A DNA stretch of 64,000 bases, from NCBI GenBank assembly GCA_039545335.1, contig BCIN01000005.1:372001-436000 (forward strand), given 5' to 3'. A program made the translations under genes and the position numbers. This document shows positions 52,438 to 64,000 of the stretch, piece by piece. How positions within the stretch are numbered: position 1 is the stretch's first letter; each line of letters starts with the position of its first letter. The DNA is from Kondoa subrosea. Its lineage: Eukaryota. The notes below the pieces were generated by a model. It was not told the origin of the DNA. It was given only the letters and a program-made list of their open reading frames with translations, and ran no database searches.

Positions 52438-53949
52438 TCACGCACCATAAACCAAATAACACATGCTAAGCGATTGAATAGTTGCTATACCGAACAAAAA
52501 TTTCAAACGATGTGAACGTTGAGAATGCGTTACTGTTGATGCTGTGGTATTTGGGTTGAAAGCTGCGTTATTGAGTGATGGATCTGGTAAGACGACATAA
52601 CGTAAAGATCGGAGCTGGTTGAAAAAAAGGGAAGACAGATTTAGCATAAGAAAGAGGTAAAAAAGGTGAAAGTAAAAACCAACGAGGAAGAAGAAATTGC
52701 CTAGGAAGACATAGATGAATGTAGTCCAGTACATCCATCCTTTCAATCCCATCAATCCACCAACTAGAGTGACGATAATCCTGTGCATTTGAGAGCCATA
52801 TAATGAGCTGAAGCTCAAATGGAAAACCCCTTTAAACGCACCCAACGAATTTATAACCTGAGTAAGCAACCAAATCCACCACTGTCCCTTCACCGCCAAT
52901 ACTCAAGAAATAAGTACCCATTTTGATGGTCAAGAACTCTAAGAAAACAATCGCCAAAGCTCTTGAAGCAGCTCGGCCGAGTAATTGTGGATCGAAGCGG
53001 GATTGCGAGCCTGCTACTACACCTGCTAGGAGGATGTAAGTAACCAGAGCCATTGCTGCAATAGTCAATTAAGTAGACTATATTGACTAGAAGGATCAGA
53101 CACTGACTTGGGATGTATAGATCAGGGGAATTGACATCTTCTCGAGGTGGTCGATAACCTTCCGCTTGACCTGAAGTTTCCGATCGTTTGACTAATCTTG
53201 ACCAAGGTTTCTGTCACCATGCAAATGAATCAACTTACATGACAGCTCAATGGGAAAAAAAGACGTACATGCCTCCACGGAAAGAGGACTAGCTGCAATT
53301 TCTTCAAAACATAGAGATTCGATACGTTGAAAGAATGCCGCAGATGATTGATAGGTAGATAGCGAATGAACTGTTCCCTATCAAATCTCACACCTCAAAG
53401 CTGATTTCAGTGAATTTTGACTCACATTCTTCTCCACGTAATCTGTTCCTGCAGCTACTGCACTCCTGCCAAATTGTACACCCATTTGAGCAGTCAAATC
53501 ATTCCCACCACCTGCAGCACTGTTCCACATTTGTCCTGCTGCAGCTGCCCAAGGTATATTTCCAGCACCTCCATTAACAGGCTGACCATATGCTGAAGTC
53601 TGTTGAGAAGAGAAAGCTTGCTGTTGACCATATATCGGCTGTCCAGGGTTGAAGGGTACTTGTTGCTGTTGCTGTTGCTGAGCTGGACTAGGTGACGAGA
53701 AACGCTGATACTCGTTATTCACGCTTTTACCTTTTGCTGCTGCTGCTATGGAAGGTTCTGGTGGAGGTGGTGGACTGTGAGCGAGGTATTGAGGCTGCAC
53801 TGGGTGTTCTGTTTGCATTGGAAACACGAGATTTATCGAATCAGCGTGAGACAGATTGATGTAAAGGGAGCAGCAGACTTACGCGGTACTGGATGTTGTA
53901 AGACTGGTGCAGCTCTCGCTTGACTCGTATTCGCTTGATTTCGCCTCAT
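52438..53949 (-). CDS. YIF1: Yif1 ER-Golgi transport protein
   Basis: LQHPVP, AQMGVQFG.SAVAAG.DYV, FNVSN.YV.KKL.LV.FPWRH, PPREDVNSPDLYIP.MALVTYILL, DLVAYSGYKFVG, FF.LRSLRYVVLP. Confidence 0.92.
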
Positions 53950-54194
53950 TGCTCAGTGCTCGTTCAAGTGCAACCCCCCATATCTCAGTGTCTTGTTTCA
54001 AACGGTGTCTGCTGCTTCTCTCCCTGCGTCTTAGCGTCTGCTTCTGATCTGTGCTTCTGCTCACCAAGTATTTCAAGGCAGCTGTTCCCAAGCCTGTCTA
54101 TTCTGTGCACACGCTGTTCTCCGCTTTCATCAGACCTGTGTCTGCTCTACTTCGTTTCCGTCCTTCTCTGCCCTCTGCATATTATTACAGCAAG

Positions 54195-56954
54195 ATGGTA
54201 TCTGCACAACCTACAAACACTACACCTCAATTGGGCGAGTTGCGCAAGCTCATGAAAGCTCAGAACTTGAATGTCTAGTTGGTCTCTTACTGTCTCAATA
54301 ATCGAGAGCTGCTGACAATTAGAGATAGCGTCGTACCTACTGATGATGCGCATGCGAGCGAATATGTCGCACCTTGCGATTTCAGAAGATCTTTCATTTC
54401 TGGGTGCGTTCATGTTCAAGCTTTGCCTCATAGAGGCTAGGTCTGACAGCCTGCACGCACAGCTTCACTGGATCTGCTGGTACGTCGCTCAAGCTCGAAC
54501 CTGGATAACTGCAGGCTGAGACCTTTCTCTTTAGGTACTGCGATCATCAAAGAGCACGAAGCTCTGCTCTTCACTGACGGCCGATACTTCTTGCAAGTAC
54601 GTCTGTCTCTACTATGATTTCAGAAGGATACTGATAGCAAGTGACAGGCCGGTCAGCAATTAGACAATAATTGGACTTTGATGAAGCGAGGAGAGAAAGG
54701 TAGGTCATGGGGAATGCTCGCAAGCTTTATTGCTGAGGCGATCTCCTTCCACCTACAGACGTACCTTCCTGGCAAGAATACCTAGAGCAGGTCGGACAAA
54801 CTGATCATACTGCTCAACAGCTAGCTAATGTGGTCGAGAATTCGACAGCTGCCAGAGAACTCTCAAATTGGCGTAGATGGTACAACTATGTCAATCTCGG
54901 ATGCAGAAACGATCAAGAAATCTCTGGAACCAAAGAAATCTACTTTGATCAACATCACTTCAAATCTAGTTGACCAAGTCTGGTCGGACAAACGACCTGC
55001 GAGACCTAGCAAACCCGTTATCTTACATGATATCAAATACTCTGGCAAATCTTCGGAAGACAAGATTGCTGAGTTGCGTACAGAATTGGTCAAGCAGAAA
55101 GCGAGTGCATTTGTGGTTTCTATGCTAGATGATATCGCATGTGCATAATACTTCTGCCTCCATTCTAAGTCGCCTTTTCTTACGTAATATGTGATGCAGG
55201 GCTATTCAATTTGCGTGGATCAGATATCGATTACAATCCAGTCTTCTTCTCTTTCGCCTTGATTACCTCCTCATCTCTGACTCTTTTCGCTCAGCAAACC
55301 TCTTTATCCGAATCCATCACTTCCTATTTATCAAAAATGAACGTCACTGTCAAACCATACGACGAAATCTATACTTCGATTCAACAACACATGTCTTCCC
55401 TTTCCTCGAAAGGAGAAGAAGATGAGCAGAAGATTCTGATTTCCGAACAAGCTTCTTGGGCATTGGCTGAATCGATTGGTGAAGGGAAATACAAAGTCGG
55501 AACTTCACCTGTTGCCATTTCGAAAAGTATCAAGAATGAAGTCGAAGTGGAAGGGTTTAGACAATGTCATATTAGGGATGGATCAGCTTTGGTATGTTCT
55601 CTATGTAAGCGTATAATTTGGAACGGTCAGTTGAAAGAGGGTTATTATACAGGTCGCTTATTTTGCTTGGTTGGAAGAAACGCTAGCCAATGGGACAAAG
55701 ATCAATGAAGCTCAAGCAGCTGATAAACTCGAAGAGTATCGATCGTAAGTACAACCGACTTGACAGAACGACCAGACGCTTAGTCCGAGAGCAGGAAATT
55801 GGATTTGTTTAAAGGATTGTCATTCACTACCATTTCTTCTACTGGTCCAAATGGAGCTAGTCAGTCTACTCTATAGATATAGCATGCCCGAGCTGATTTG
55901 TGATCTGTAGTTATTCATTACAGCCCGGATCATAACGATTGTGCGGTAATTGACCCAAAGCAGGCAAGTTTATCGAAGTTTATGATTGATCTGTGGCTGA
56001 ATTCAACGCGTTAGATGTACCTATGTGATAGCGGAGCACAATATGAAGATGGAACCACAGATGTAACTCGTACTCTAGTGAGTCACCCTTGTGTTGTCCA
56101 ACTTTGGGTCAAGCTAATTTGTCCGCAGCACTTCGGAACACCATCAGAGGAAGAGAAGGACGCATTCACTAGAGTACTGCAAGGTCATATCGCCCTCGAT
56201 CGAGCTGTTTTCCCTAATGAAACGACTGGCTTTATGCTCGATGTACTTGCGAGATCGGAACTTTGGAAGAATGGGTTAGGTATGCCAGAACAACAAACTA
56301 TGTGATGGCTTCGCTGATCTTCTGCGTAGATTACAAGCATGGAACAGGTTAGCTGTTCCTTTTGCTCAGAAGCAATCTTATTGACTCTTGCTATAACAGG
56401 TCATGGTGTTGTCAGTGGCTTTCTTTATGCGCTGAAGACACAGCTCATAGCTAAGACCGTCTGACAGGGGAGCTTCCTGAATGTCCATGAAGGACCGCAC
56501 AGTATTAGCATGCGTATCTCGTCGAACAGATTTCCTCTCAAAGCTGGTGCTACCGTCTCTAATGAACCTGGCTACTACAAAGATGGTCATTGGGGTATCA
56601 GAATAGAAAACATTGTTATCGGTTAGTATATTGTGCTTTCTCGGAAGATTTCGCTAATGATGTATCATTGCCAGTTCAAGAAGCTAAGCTGAAGAATAAC
56701 TTTGGCGATAAAGGCTATCTTTGCATGGAGCATGTGACTATGGTGGGATCTTTCTGATATTCAAAGACAGCAAAAGCTGACCGGTATTCAAGACACCTAT
56801 CCAAACAAAGCTTGTTCTTAAGGAGATGCTTTCAAAGGTTGAGATCGACTGGCTGAATAGTTACCATAAGGAGGTGCTGGAGAAGCTCTCGCCTCTGCTA
56901 AAGGATGATGAGCGGGCATTAAAATGGCTTAAGAGAGAGTGTCAAGCAATATGA
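54195..56954 (+). CDS. Xaa-Pro aminopeptidase P (XPNPEP1/Fra1 type)
   Basis: D.HASEY....[94 protein letters not shown]. Confidence 0.93.
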
Positions 56955-57241
56955 ATGGTAAGTGCGTGCTTGGCAGTGTTTGTGTTGCACTCATGTATTA
57001 TGTATGACCGTTTTGCAGTAGAAATGAGCTGCCTTTTCTCTTTCCGTGACCTAAAACTCGATCGATCTTTTCTTCCCCTTGACGCCTCCTCTCCATTGTT
57101 GTTACAGTCTTCAATCCTCGAAGGATCTCTACTTAGTGTCAATCTCCACCAGGCACTCGAAGCTTGCTCATATAGTGCTTAGTTTCACTTGCTTTGTGGG
57201 TCAATATGTGAAGAAGAGATGATTATCAAATGCATCCTCGA

Positions 57242-59908
57242 TCAAGACAATATTGCTCTCCCTGCCTCTTCCTCTTTGAATTGCTTGCCCATCCCTTCGA
57301 ATGCAGCATCGCTAAGACCAGCTAAGCTTGCATATGGATCATCTGTAGCGATCATTTGATGCGCTGTAAGACCATTCAGACCGGGCGAATCAGGTTCATC
57401 CATTAGATCTGGATCTTGATACGGTGCTGTACTTGAGTCGTTAGTTTGAAGCGTTGGTTTCGGCGGCAGAGCTGGTGGGGGAGAAGATAGAAGGTTTGCG
57501 GTCGAAATCACATTCTCTGGCGGAACATGTTGCGGAAGATTGAGTGAATCAAGGAAAGATTGTCGAGCTGCTGGATCTAGAGCTGGACTGGAATGGAGGT
57601 GCTTAGGTTTAGCTGACCGAATGAAGGATTCGGGAGATTGATGATAAATAGATGACAGAGTTCCGGTGTGAAGTAGTAGTCGATCAAGTACGCCTCGGTC
57701 GATAGCTTCTGATTCCGTTGTTATCGGCGGCTTCTCGGACAAAATGATGCTCTTTGCGCCAGCTGGGTCAGTCGATAGTAACCGCCAGTATATCTGCAAG
57801 ATGTTAGCAATCCTTTTGCGCTTCGGCAGAGACTACTCACAAAGCCTCGATCCCTCAGATCTGGATTATCTACTTCTTCTGTTGCCCACTTCAAGACTTT
57901 CGGCACGAGTTCTTGACCCGCTGTCGGTCGCATGATAAACAGCTTGACGGTAGCTGTCAACAGCGCCAGTTGAACTTCCACAGTCTCTTCCAAGAAAGTC
58001 CTCAGGAAATCTTCCAACAGTTCTTCTGACCCTTCTATACGATCTGCATATTGACCAATGATCCAAATCATAGACGCTTTTGCTTCAGGTGTGTCCAGCG
58101 CATCCAAGTTTTCGCAAAGAGTACCAATGATTCGTTCGTATTGATTTGGATACCGACGGAAGATGTCCTTGATGACTACTATAGCTTCTTGTAGTACATA
58201 GTTGACCTTGGTTTGTACTAGAGCTAGAAGAACCGCTATACATCGATCTGCCGCGGTAGAAATCTTGATCGCTACTCGACCAATACAGCGTACCGCTTTT
58301 CTAACGAAATCAACATCGACTTCCGAAGCGTATCTACACAGACATTCATCAGCCTTCTCCACACTTTATAGACATGTTTTCAATAACTTACTCTTTGAGT
58401 TCCGCTAGCACTTGTTCTACATTCGATTCGTCCGCCAATCGATAGATAATCTCCAACTTTGCTAGTTTGACGTATATCGGATCATTGTATTTGCAGAAAA
58501 AGACTTTGACTTCTTTTTTCAGAACAGTAGGCCGCCGTTGAATGATCATGAGGATGTTTCGGAGAGCGACATATTGAACTTCATAACCAGATGAAAGGAG
58601 TGTGACTAAATTACAACAATCAGCATACAATATGCAAAGTATAAGCAAGAAAGAGCTAACCTAGAGGAGGCGATAATCGACGACACATTGCTTCGATATG
58701 TTTTGGATCAGCCATGTAATTGAGAAGGTAGAGGATAACTTTGATTGTAGTGAGCACAACAGCTGAATTAGCATGTTGCAAGCGAATTGATATGCGTTCA
58801 GCCATAATTTCCGCGTCCGTCGCTTCCTCGGGAACAAAGTACATGAGCGATTCAAGAATATATGTTTGACCCCATCTGTAAAGAAACCAAGCAGCCCATC
58901 AGCAAGAAGCTGAAGCGTTGATGATTTCCTTACTCTGAACATTCTGCCATAGCATTGACCAATTTGCTAGCAATAGTCATATTGAGCCTTAATTGTATGT
59001 TATCACTCCGTTCACTAATTTCGATCAAAGCAGCCACAGCATTGGCAATCACGGTCGGGTTGGCATCCGCCAGCAGATCTCTCAAATCATTCACGAAACC
59101 CTCTTTATCGACCAGCCGCCGATCATAGGCGTACAGCTTGGCCACGCAGATAGCTGAAGTTTTCCGAACATAAGGATCTCCATCTTTTAGGGCGTGTCGA
59201 AGAGGTTCTATTAGGGCTTTGATGATTACTGGAATGAAGATGGAAGACATTGTTCGGATTGCGAGAGCGCGGATGAGAGGATTCCGATCGTGACAGTCCT
59301 ATAATTGTTGCTTGAGTCTGAATCGTGCATTCTTAGAGCAGACTTACTGCTAAGAAACCTTCAATAGCATACTGAGCCAGATCAGGCTTCGTTTTTGCGT
59401 AATTGATGAGATAGAGACTAGTTGAAGTAGCTTAAGATTCGTTTCGTACTACTCGGTATGTCAATAGCTCACTAGCACATCTTCTTGATCTGCCAAACTT
59501 GGATTCAGTACAGACATTCAGCTAAGAGCTCAGACGCGCACCTCCAGTTGCTGTATATTCAGGCAGCCAACAACATCCGAGAAAAGGGAGCTCATATCCT
59601 AGGGACAAGCCTTGAGCATCTGCACCTGACCATAAAGCAATTGACAGCCTACCATTCCCATAGTCATGCTAGCCACAATCTTCTTCAGCGTGGCCTTCCT
59701 CTTGACGAATCCTTTGTCTTTCTTGCTGTAGATGGACTTGTGATGAGTTTGGCTAAATGATGCTTTGTGAATGCATTGACTTACTCCGCTTGGAGCTCAG
59801 CTCGCAGCTCTGCGACTTTACCTGAATGGGACATAGGATGAATCAGAGCTGATGACTCGCACGCATAGCCAGAAGCTCACCTCTCTGGAAGAAGCGACTG
59901 TCAGACAT
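57242..59908 (-). CDS. Adaptor complex beta subunit (probably AP-2 beta, Apl1)
   Basis: [86 protein letters not shown]. Short C-terminus without an appendage domain. Confidence 0.9.
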
Positions 59909-60754
59909 CTTTGTTTGGCGCTCAGGTATATTTCTGGATTCGACGCAAGCCAGGTGGTATATGCCCAAGACCGTGGAATCTAGAGTCGCTGGTATCGTCT
60001 GCTCTGCTGTCTCCTGGGCTCCACTGTTGGCCGCTTGCTGCAAAGCGTTGAAGTGTAGGTTCGCGCTCGACCACCGCTCAAGAGTCTCGCTTCTCGTTAT
60101 GTACCTCAGTAGCTCAGAAACTGGTCTGTTGACCTATATCGCGCATTTGCTGGCCAAATTCAGTCAATCGAAAGGATTGAATCGAACTTGAAACTTCTTG
60201 CATTACTTGACCATCAGTTAAATTCTTTGCAGTCTATGATCTCTTTCCTCGCGCGCGTGCTATCTACAGTGGTCTGTGTCTGAAAGAAGCCAATCCATAG
60301 GCATTTCGAAAGACCTCATGCGCTGGCAATACGCAAGATTATGGGACGCCTGATTTGCTAGACTGGCCCGAGCGAGTGCTGACCAGAGGCGCAGCTGTCG
60401 GTCTAGCTATGAAGACAATCTGCCTTTGCTTTAGTTTGATTGCTTCCCTTTTGCCCTTCTTTTGCCTTGCATTTTTTCGTCTTCTGTTCTCAAATGCTGC
60501 CAGCTCTGCCTCTGGCTATTTGCTACAACATGTTATTATCTGTCATCGTCTCATGACTAGTCTTGATTCACGCGTACTCGCGTTGCGTCATTTATTTCAA
60601 TTCTGCTGGTTGGTTTTGGTTCCTGTAAACCTTTCCCCTATCACTAGGGTACATTCCTCTCGTCTGACGTGCATACTCCTGTCCTTTCTCATTATTCTTC
60701 TTCAACCTATACCTCCATTCATTTCCATTGCATTCCACTTTGTAATACCTCAAT

Positions 60755-62951
60755 ATGGCTCCAGCTGCATCTCTCTACACTCCCGTTCTACCAGAACTGA
60801 AGCCAGACATATCAGCATGCTATCGCGAACTACCCAGAACTCAAAACCTTCTGTATCAGCTGTACCAAATACTCAAGAAAGACTACACAGTCGCAACTGA
60901 GCTCGAAACAGCACAGCACCTTACTGGACTACTACTTGATGAGGCACATCGCTTGGAGAACAGCCTGCCAGCGGATAAGCAAGCCAAAAAGTCTTGCAAG
61001 ATTAATGCATTGGCATTGAGAACCTTGGCTAAAGATGTAAGCTAATTTTCTTTTCATTTCCCTGAACTTCTCTTGTCGTCATCTTGGAAGACTTGCTACA
61101 CCAAAGCAAAGCAGCGACTCTCGGCTACCGTAACATTCGGAAGTCCTGGATCAACCAAGAGAGTCATTCCCTACTGCTTAAATCGTTTCGAGCCTTCATT
61201 GCAGTCATGCTCTATGGAGGGACGAACTCCCTGCTGTTGTACAGTTCGGAAGAAGCCCATATCGTACAATGCAAGAGCCAACAGATTGACGCTTTAGCAA
61301 CCCTCTTCTTCTGCTTCTGCTTGTCCTTTGATGTGTCTTTTGCGAGTTTGGTACTGACAGCTGCCTTTCTCCATCTACAGCGTCCAAAGTTCAATGACTT
61401 CTTCCGCTCCATCAATCGCAATCTCCCTGCTCCTGATTGGGTTGCTGAGGTAAGCTATCCATGCCTTTGCTTCTTGCATTGATCTAATCTATTCTTTCCA
61501 GGCAAACGCTGACGATGAAGAAGATGAGGACGATGGACCAGTTGCTCCTGCCGCGAAACGTAAGTACTTCTTCACCTTATATTTACGCCAAAGCTCACTC
61601 TTCCGTCTTTCAGGTCAATGTATTACTCCAGCATTCAAAGCAGTACAGAGTACAGAATTCAGTCAAAGCTGTTGCTCAAACTTCTGCTACCAAAGCTCCT
61701 GTTGTTCCGCGCGATACTCGAACAATCATGCGTACTTTGGCAAAGAAGCATGGAATGAGTTTAGCTGCCATACAGCGCTCCATCTTTGCTGCTCCCACTG
61801 CTGAGGTATGTGAAATCGTCTTTGTGTCGTGATCGAAAGCTGATTCGCCTTTAGGAAACCGAGCTGGAAAGCGATGAAGTGCGAAAAGATCTTGGTCAAC
61901 CTCTCTTCCTCCTTGAGCGCGAACTTGGCGAAGGTGGTCAAGCAAAAGTCTTCAAAGCTTCTCATCATCGATCGCATCAGGTAGCAGCCGTCAAAGTCTT
62001 CTCTTCACCTTCTCTCGATAATCTTCCTCAAATCCATTCCGAAATCTCAATCATGAAGAAAGCAGGAAAGCATGCCAACATTGTTCCATTGCTTGGAGAG
62101 CAAGTGTTGGCCGATGGAAGCGTACACATTGCTTTGGAAATGGTGCGAACAGACTTGTGGAATGTATTGGACAAGGGAAGGAAGATCTCTTATGAAGGTC
62201 GGGCACATGTGACTGCCAAAGTAAGTTTGCAGGCGCCCTTGTTCTTGATTTGAGCTCATTGAGTTGGCTCCAGATCGTGAATGGTTTGAAGCATCTTCAC
62301 GACCGTGGCATCGTGCATCAAGACTTGAAGCCTGACAACATCCTTGTGGCTGCAAATGGCGAAATCAAGATAGGTAAGCTGATCAACTTTCCCCTTCATC
62401 GTCTCAAGCTGATATAACTTCAATAGCTGATTTCGGTCTAGCAACCATTCTTGCACCTGGCGAGACCACTTATGGCTATGTCGGCACGCTTGGATTTATG
62501 GCACCGGAAGTGATTGGCAACGTGCGACATCACGGTTTCGCTAATGATGTCTTTGGTCTTGGTGGTACGTTTCTTTCTTTTGCAATTGGTTAACTTCAGC
62601 TTATTTTCCAAATCACAGTCATCCTGTATGCTTTATCCACCAATCAAGATCCTTGGGCCAGAGAGCTTTCGCGGAATGCCAAGGAGGACCAGATCAACGA
62701 ATTCATGAAATCTTCTTGGAAGATCCATTTGGCTGAGGCCGACGACACCGATGAAGAGCTAAATTGGTTCTTGAGTCGAAATCTCTTTGAGAGCCCAAAG
62801 TATAGAGCTACTGTTGCAGAGTTGCAAGTGAGTTTCTTTGTCCTTATTTTAGCAAATCAAGACTGACATGACTGTTCAGCAATTTGAATTTCTCGAATAT
62901 GCTTGCGATCAAGCGGAATGGGCAAAGATGGCTGGATTGATAGAAGCGTAG
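60755..62951 (+). CDS. Ser/Thr protein kinase (non-RD) with unrecognised N-terminal region
   Basis: [46 protein letters not shown]. Joining of the N-terminal exons to the kinase exons is inferred. Confidence 0.8.
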
Positions 62952-63049
62952 TATGTATTCGATAGGTAGTACTGTTTAGGGTTGTTGATAATATGTTGAC
63001 ATTGTTTATAGCTTGCGAAGTAATTTATTGTTCTGATTTACCCGAGCCT

Positions 63050-64000
63050 TCAATTTGTACATTCTTCAACTCCTCTGACTCTTCCAATCGCAAACTCTCT
63101 GATGTCTTTGTCTAGCCTTGCGTAGTGATCTAATTTCGCTAGCTTCTTCGGGTCAATATCGATAGCTTTCACTTGCGGTCCTTCTTGAGTGATACGAAGC
63201 ATAATTGAACAATCCTTGAACGAAGCTGATAGAAGGTAGCAGAGGCATTTCTCACGAATACTCAAATTGTTGAAAGAGAACGAAGGTGAAAGAAAACGAT
63301 TTGCCAAAGACGAGAATTCAGCTAGCGATTCCAATTTCTGGAGATCAGAAATGTTGAAGAGTGATTCTGAATTGATATCCAATGCATGCGGAGCCAGTAG
63401 CGATGAAAGACCTTCGATGTCCGATGGATCGAAAGATGCTTGTAGATGCTTGAGTCGAGGTAGTAGAGGCGAGGAAAGAAGAGAAGATGCGATAGTTTCT
63501 ACAAGAGATGTTTCTGCACAGATTGCAGCCGATATATCGGCAAGTTGTGATGCGAAGGTTGACTGGATGACTATAAATAAGGTCAAACTTCACGTAGAAG
63601 CTACTCACATCGTCTGGCTTGATCTGTATGCCATCAATGAAGAGCCTGAACTGGTTCCCTTTCGCGTTCGTAGCTCGCCAATGATTCATCAATGCTTGAA
63701 CAGCTTTCTTGATTCGAGCTGAATCGCCCGAGTAGAGGTCTAAGGGACAATATCTTTCCTCAGAGGGTGATTCAGCCAATCCATCGGTCTTAAACATCTG
63801 GTGCATGCAGAAACGACAATACTTTCGCTTGACCATTTCCGTTTGAGCTGATAGTTTCGCATGCCCTGAAGGCATAAAGCCCCACTTTGGCTTAATTTCG
63901 ACAGTTAAGACTCTTTCTCCGGCTCTAGTAGGGCTGACCAAATCTTCCGCCAGTACGACAGAGGTTCTGGTCGGATCAATCTCATCTACTTCTTTCCTCT
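63050..64000 (-). CDS. IPK1: Inositol-pentakisphosphate 2-kinase (5' end outside window)
   Basis: VEIKPKWG, CRFCMH, YCPLDLYS, LLSASFKDCSIM, IDIDPK. Confidence 0.9.

Noticed and set aside
60355..60900. 181-aa hydrophobic ORF
   Set aside because: It arises from a pyrimidine-rich promoter/5' UTR of the kinase gene, starts at TTG and overlaps the kinase first exon out of frame.

Overview
Gene-dense, intron-rich fungal genomic DNA. Short introns with GCTGAC/GCTAAY branch points and the gene content suggest a basidiomycete, plausibly Pucciniomycotina (inference). I can read about 30 protein-coding genes. Most are conserved housekeeping genes: Bin3 methyltransferase, Sfk1/Frag1, DNAJC11, Erv29, Tem1/Spg1, Gga, Vma4, Tgl2, GDP-L-fucose synthase, Psd2, Erg20, Ura6, Yif1, aminopeptidase P, AP beta-adaptin and Ipk1. 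The most striking structure is an inverted duplication (1..~1246 versus ~11159..12418) of an RPA-interacting-protein (RPAIN)-like gene. The right-hand copy has a single CAG->TAG nonsense change. Each copy is followed by a tiny three-exon metallothionein gene (31 and 34 aa) that the ORF track misses. Other oddities: a GPI-anchored lipase-3 homologue lacking the catalytic serine, a GNAT-Mss4 fusion, a PHD/PZP protein with repeated short GATA-like zinc fingers, a glycosyltransferase + nucleotide-sugar transporter + GDP-fucose synthase neighbourhood, an orphan HExxH protein, a non-coding island rich in an 8-bp GTYGTCCA motif, a candidate non-AUG mitochondrial extension and a non-RD kinase. Exon structures and start/stop positions of spliced genes were inferred by eye and family calls come from recalled motifs; no database searches were run.
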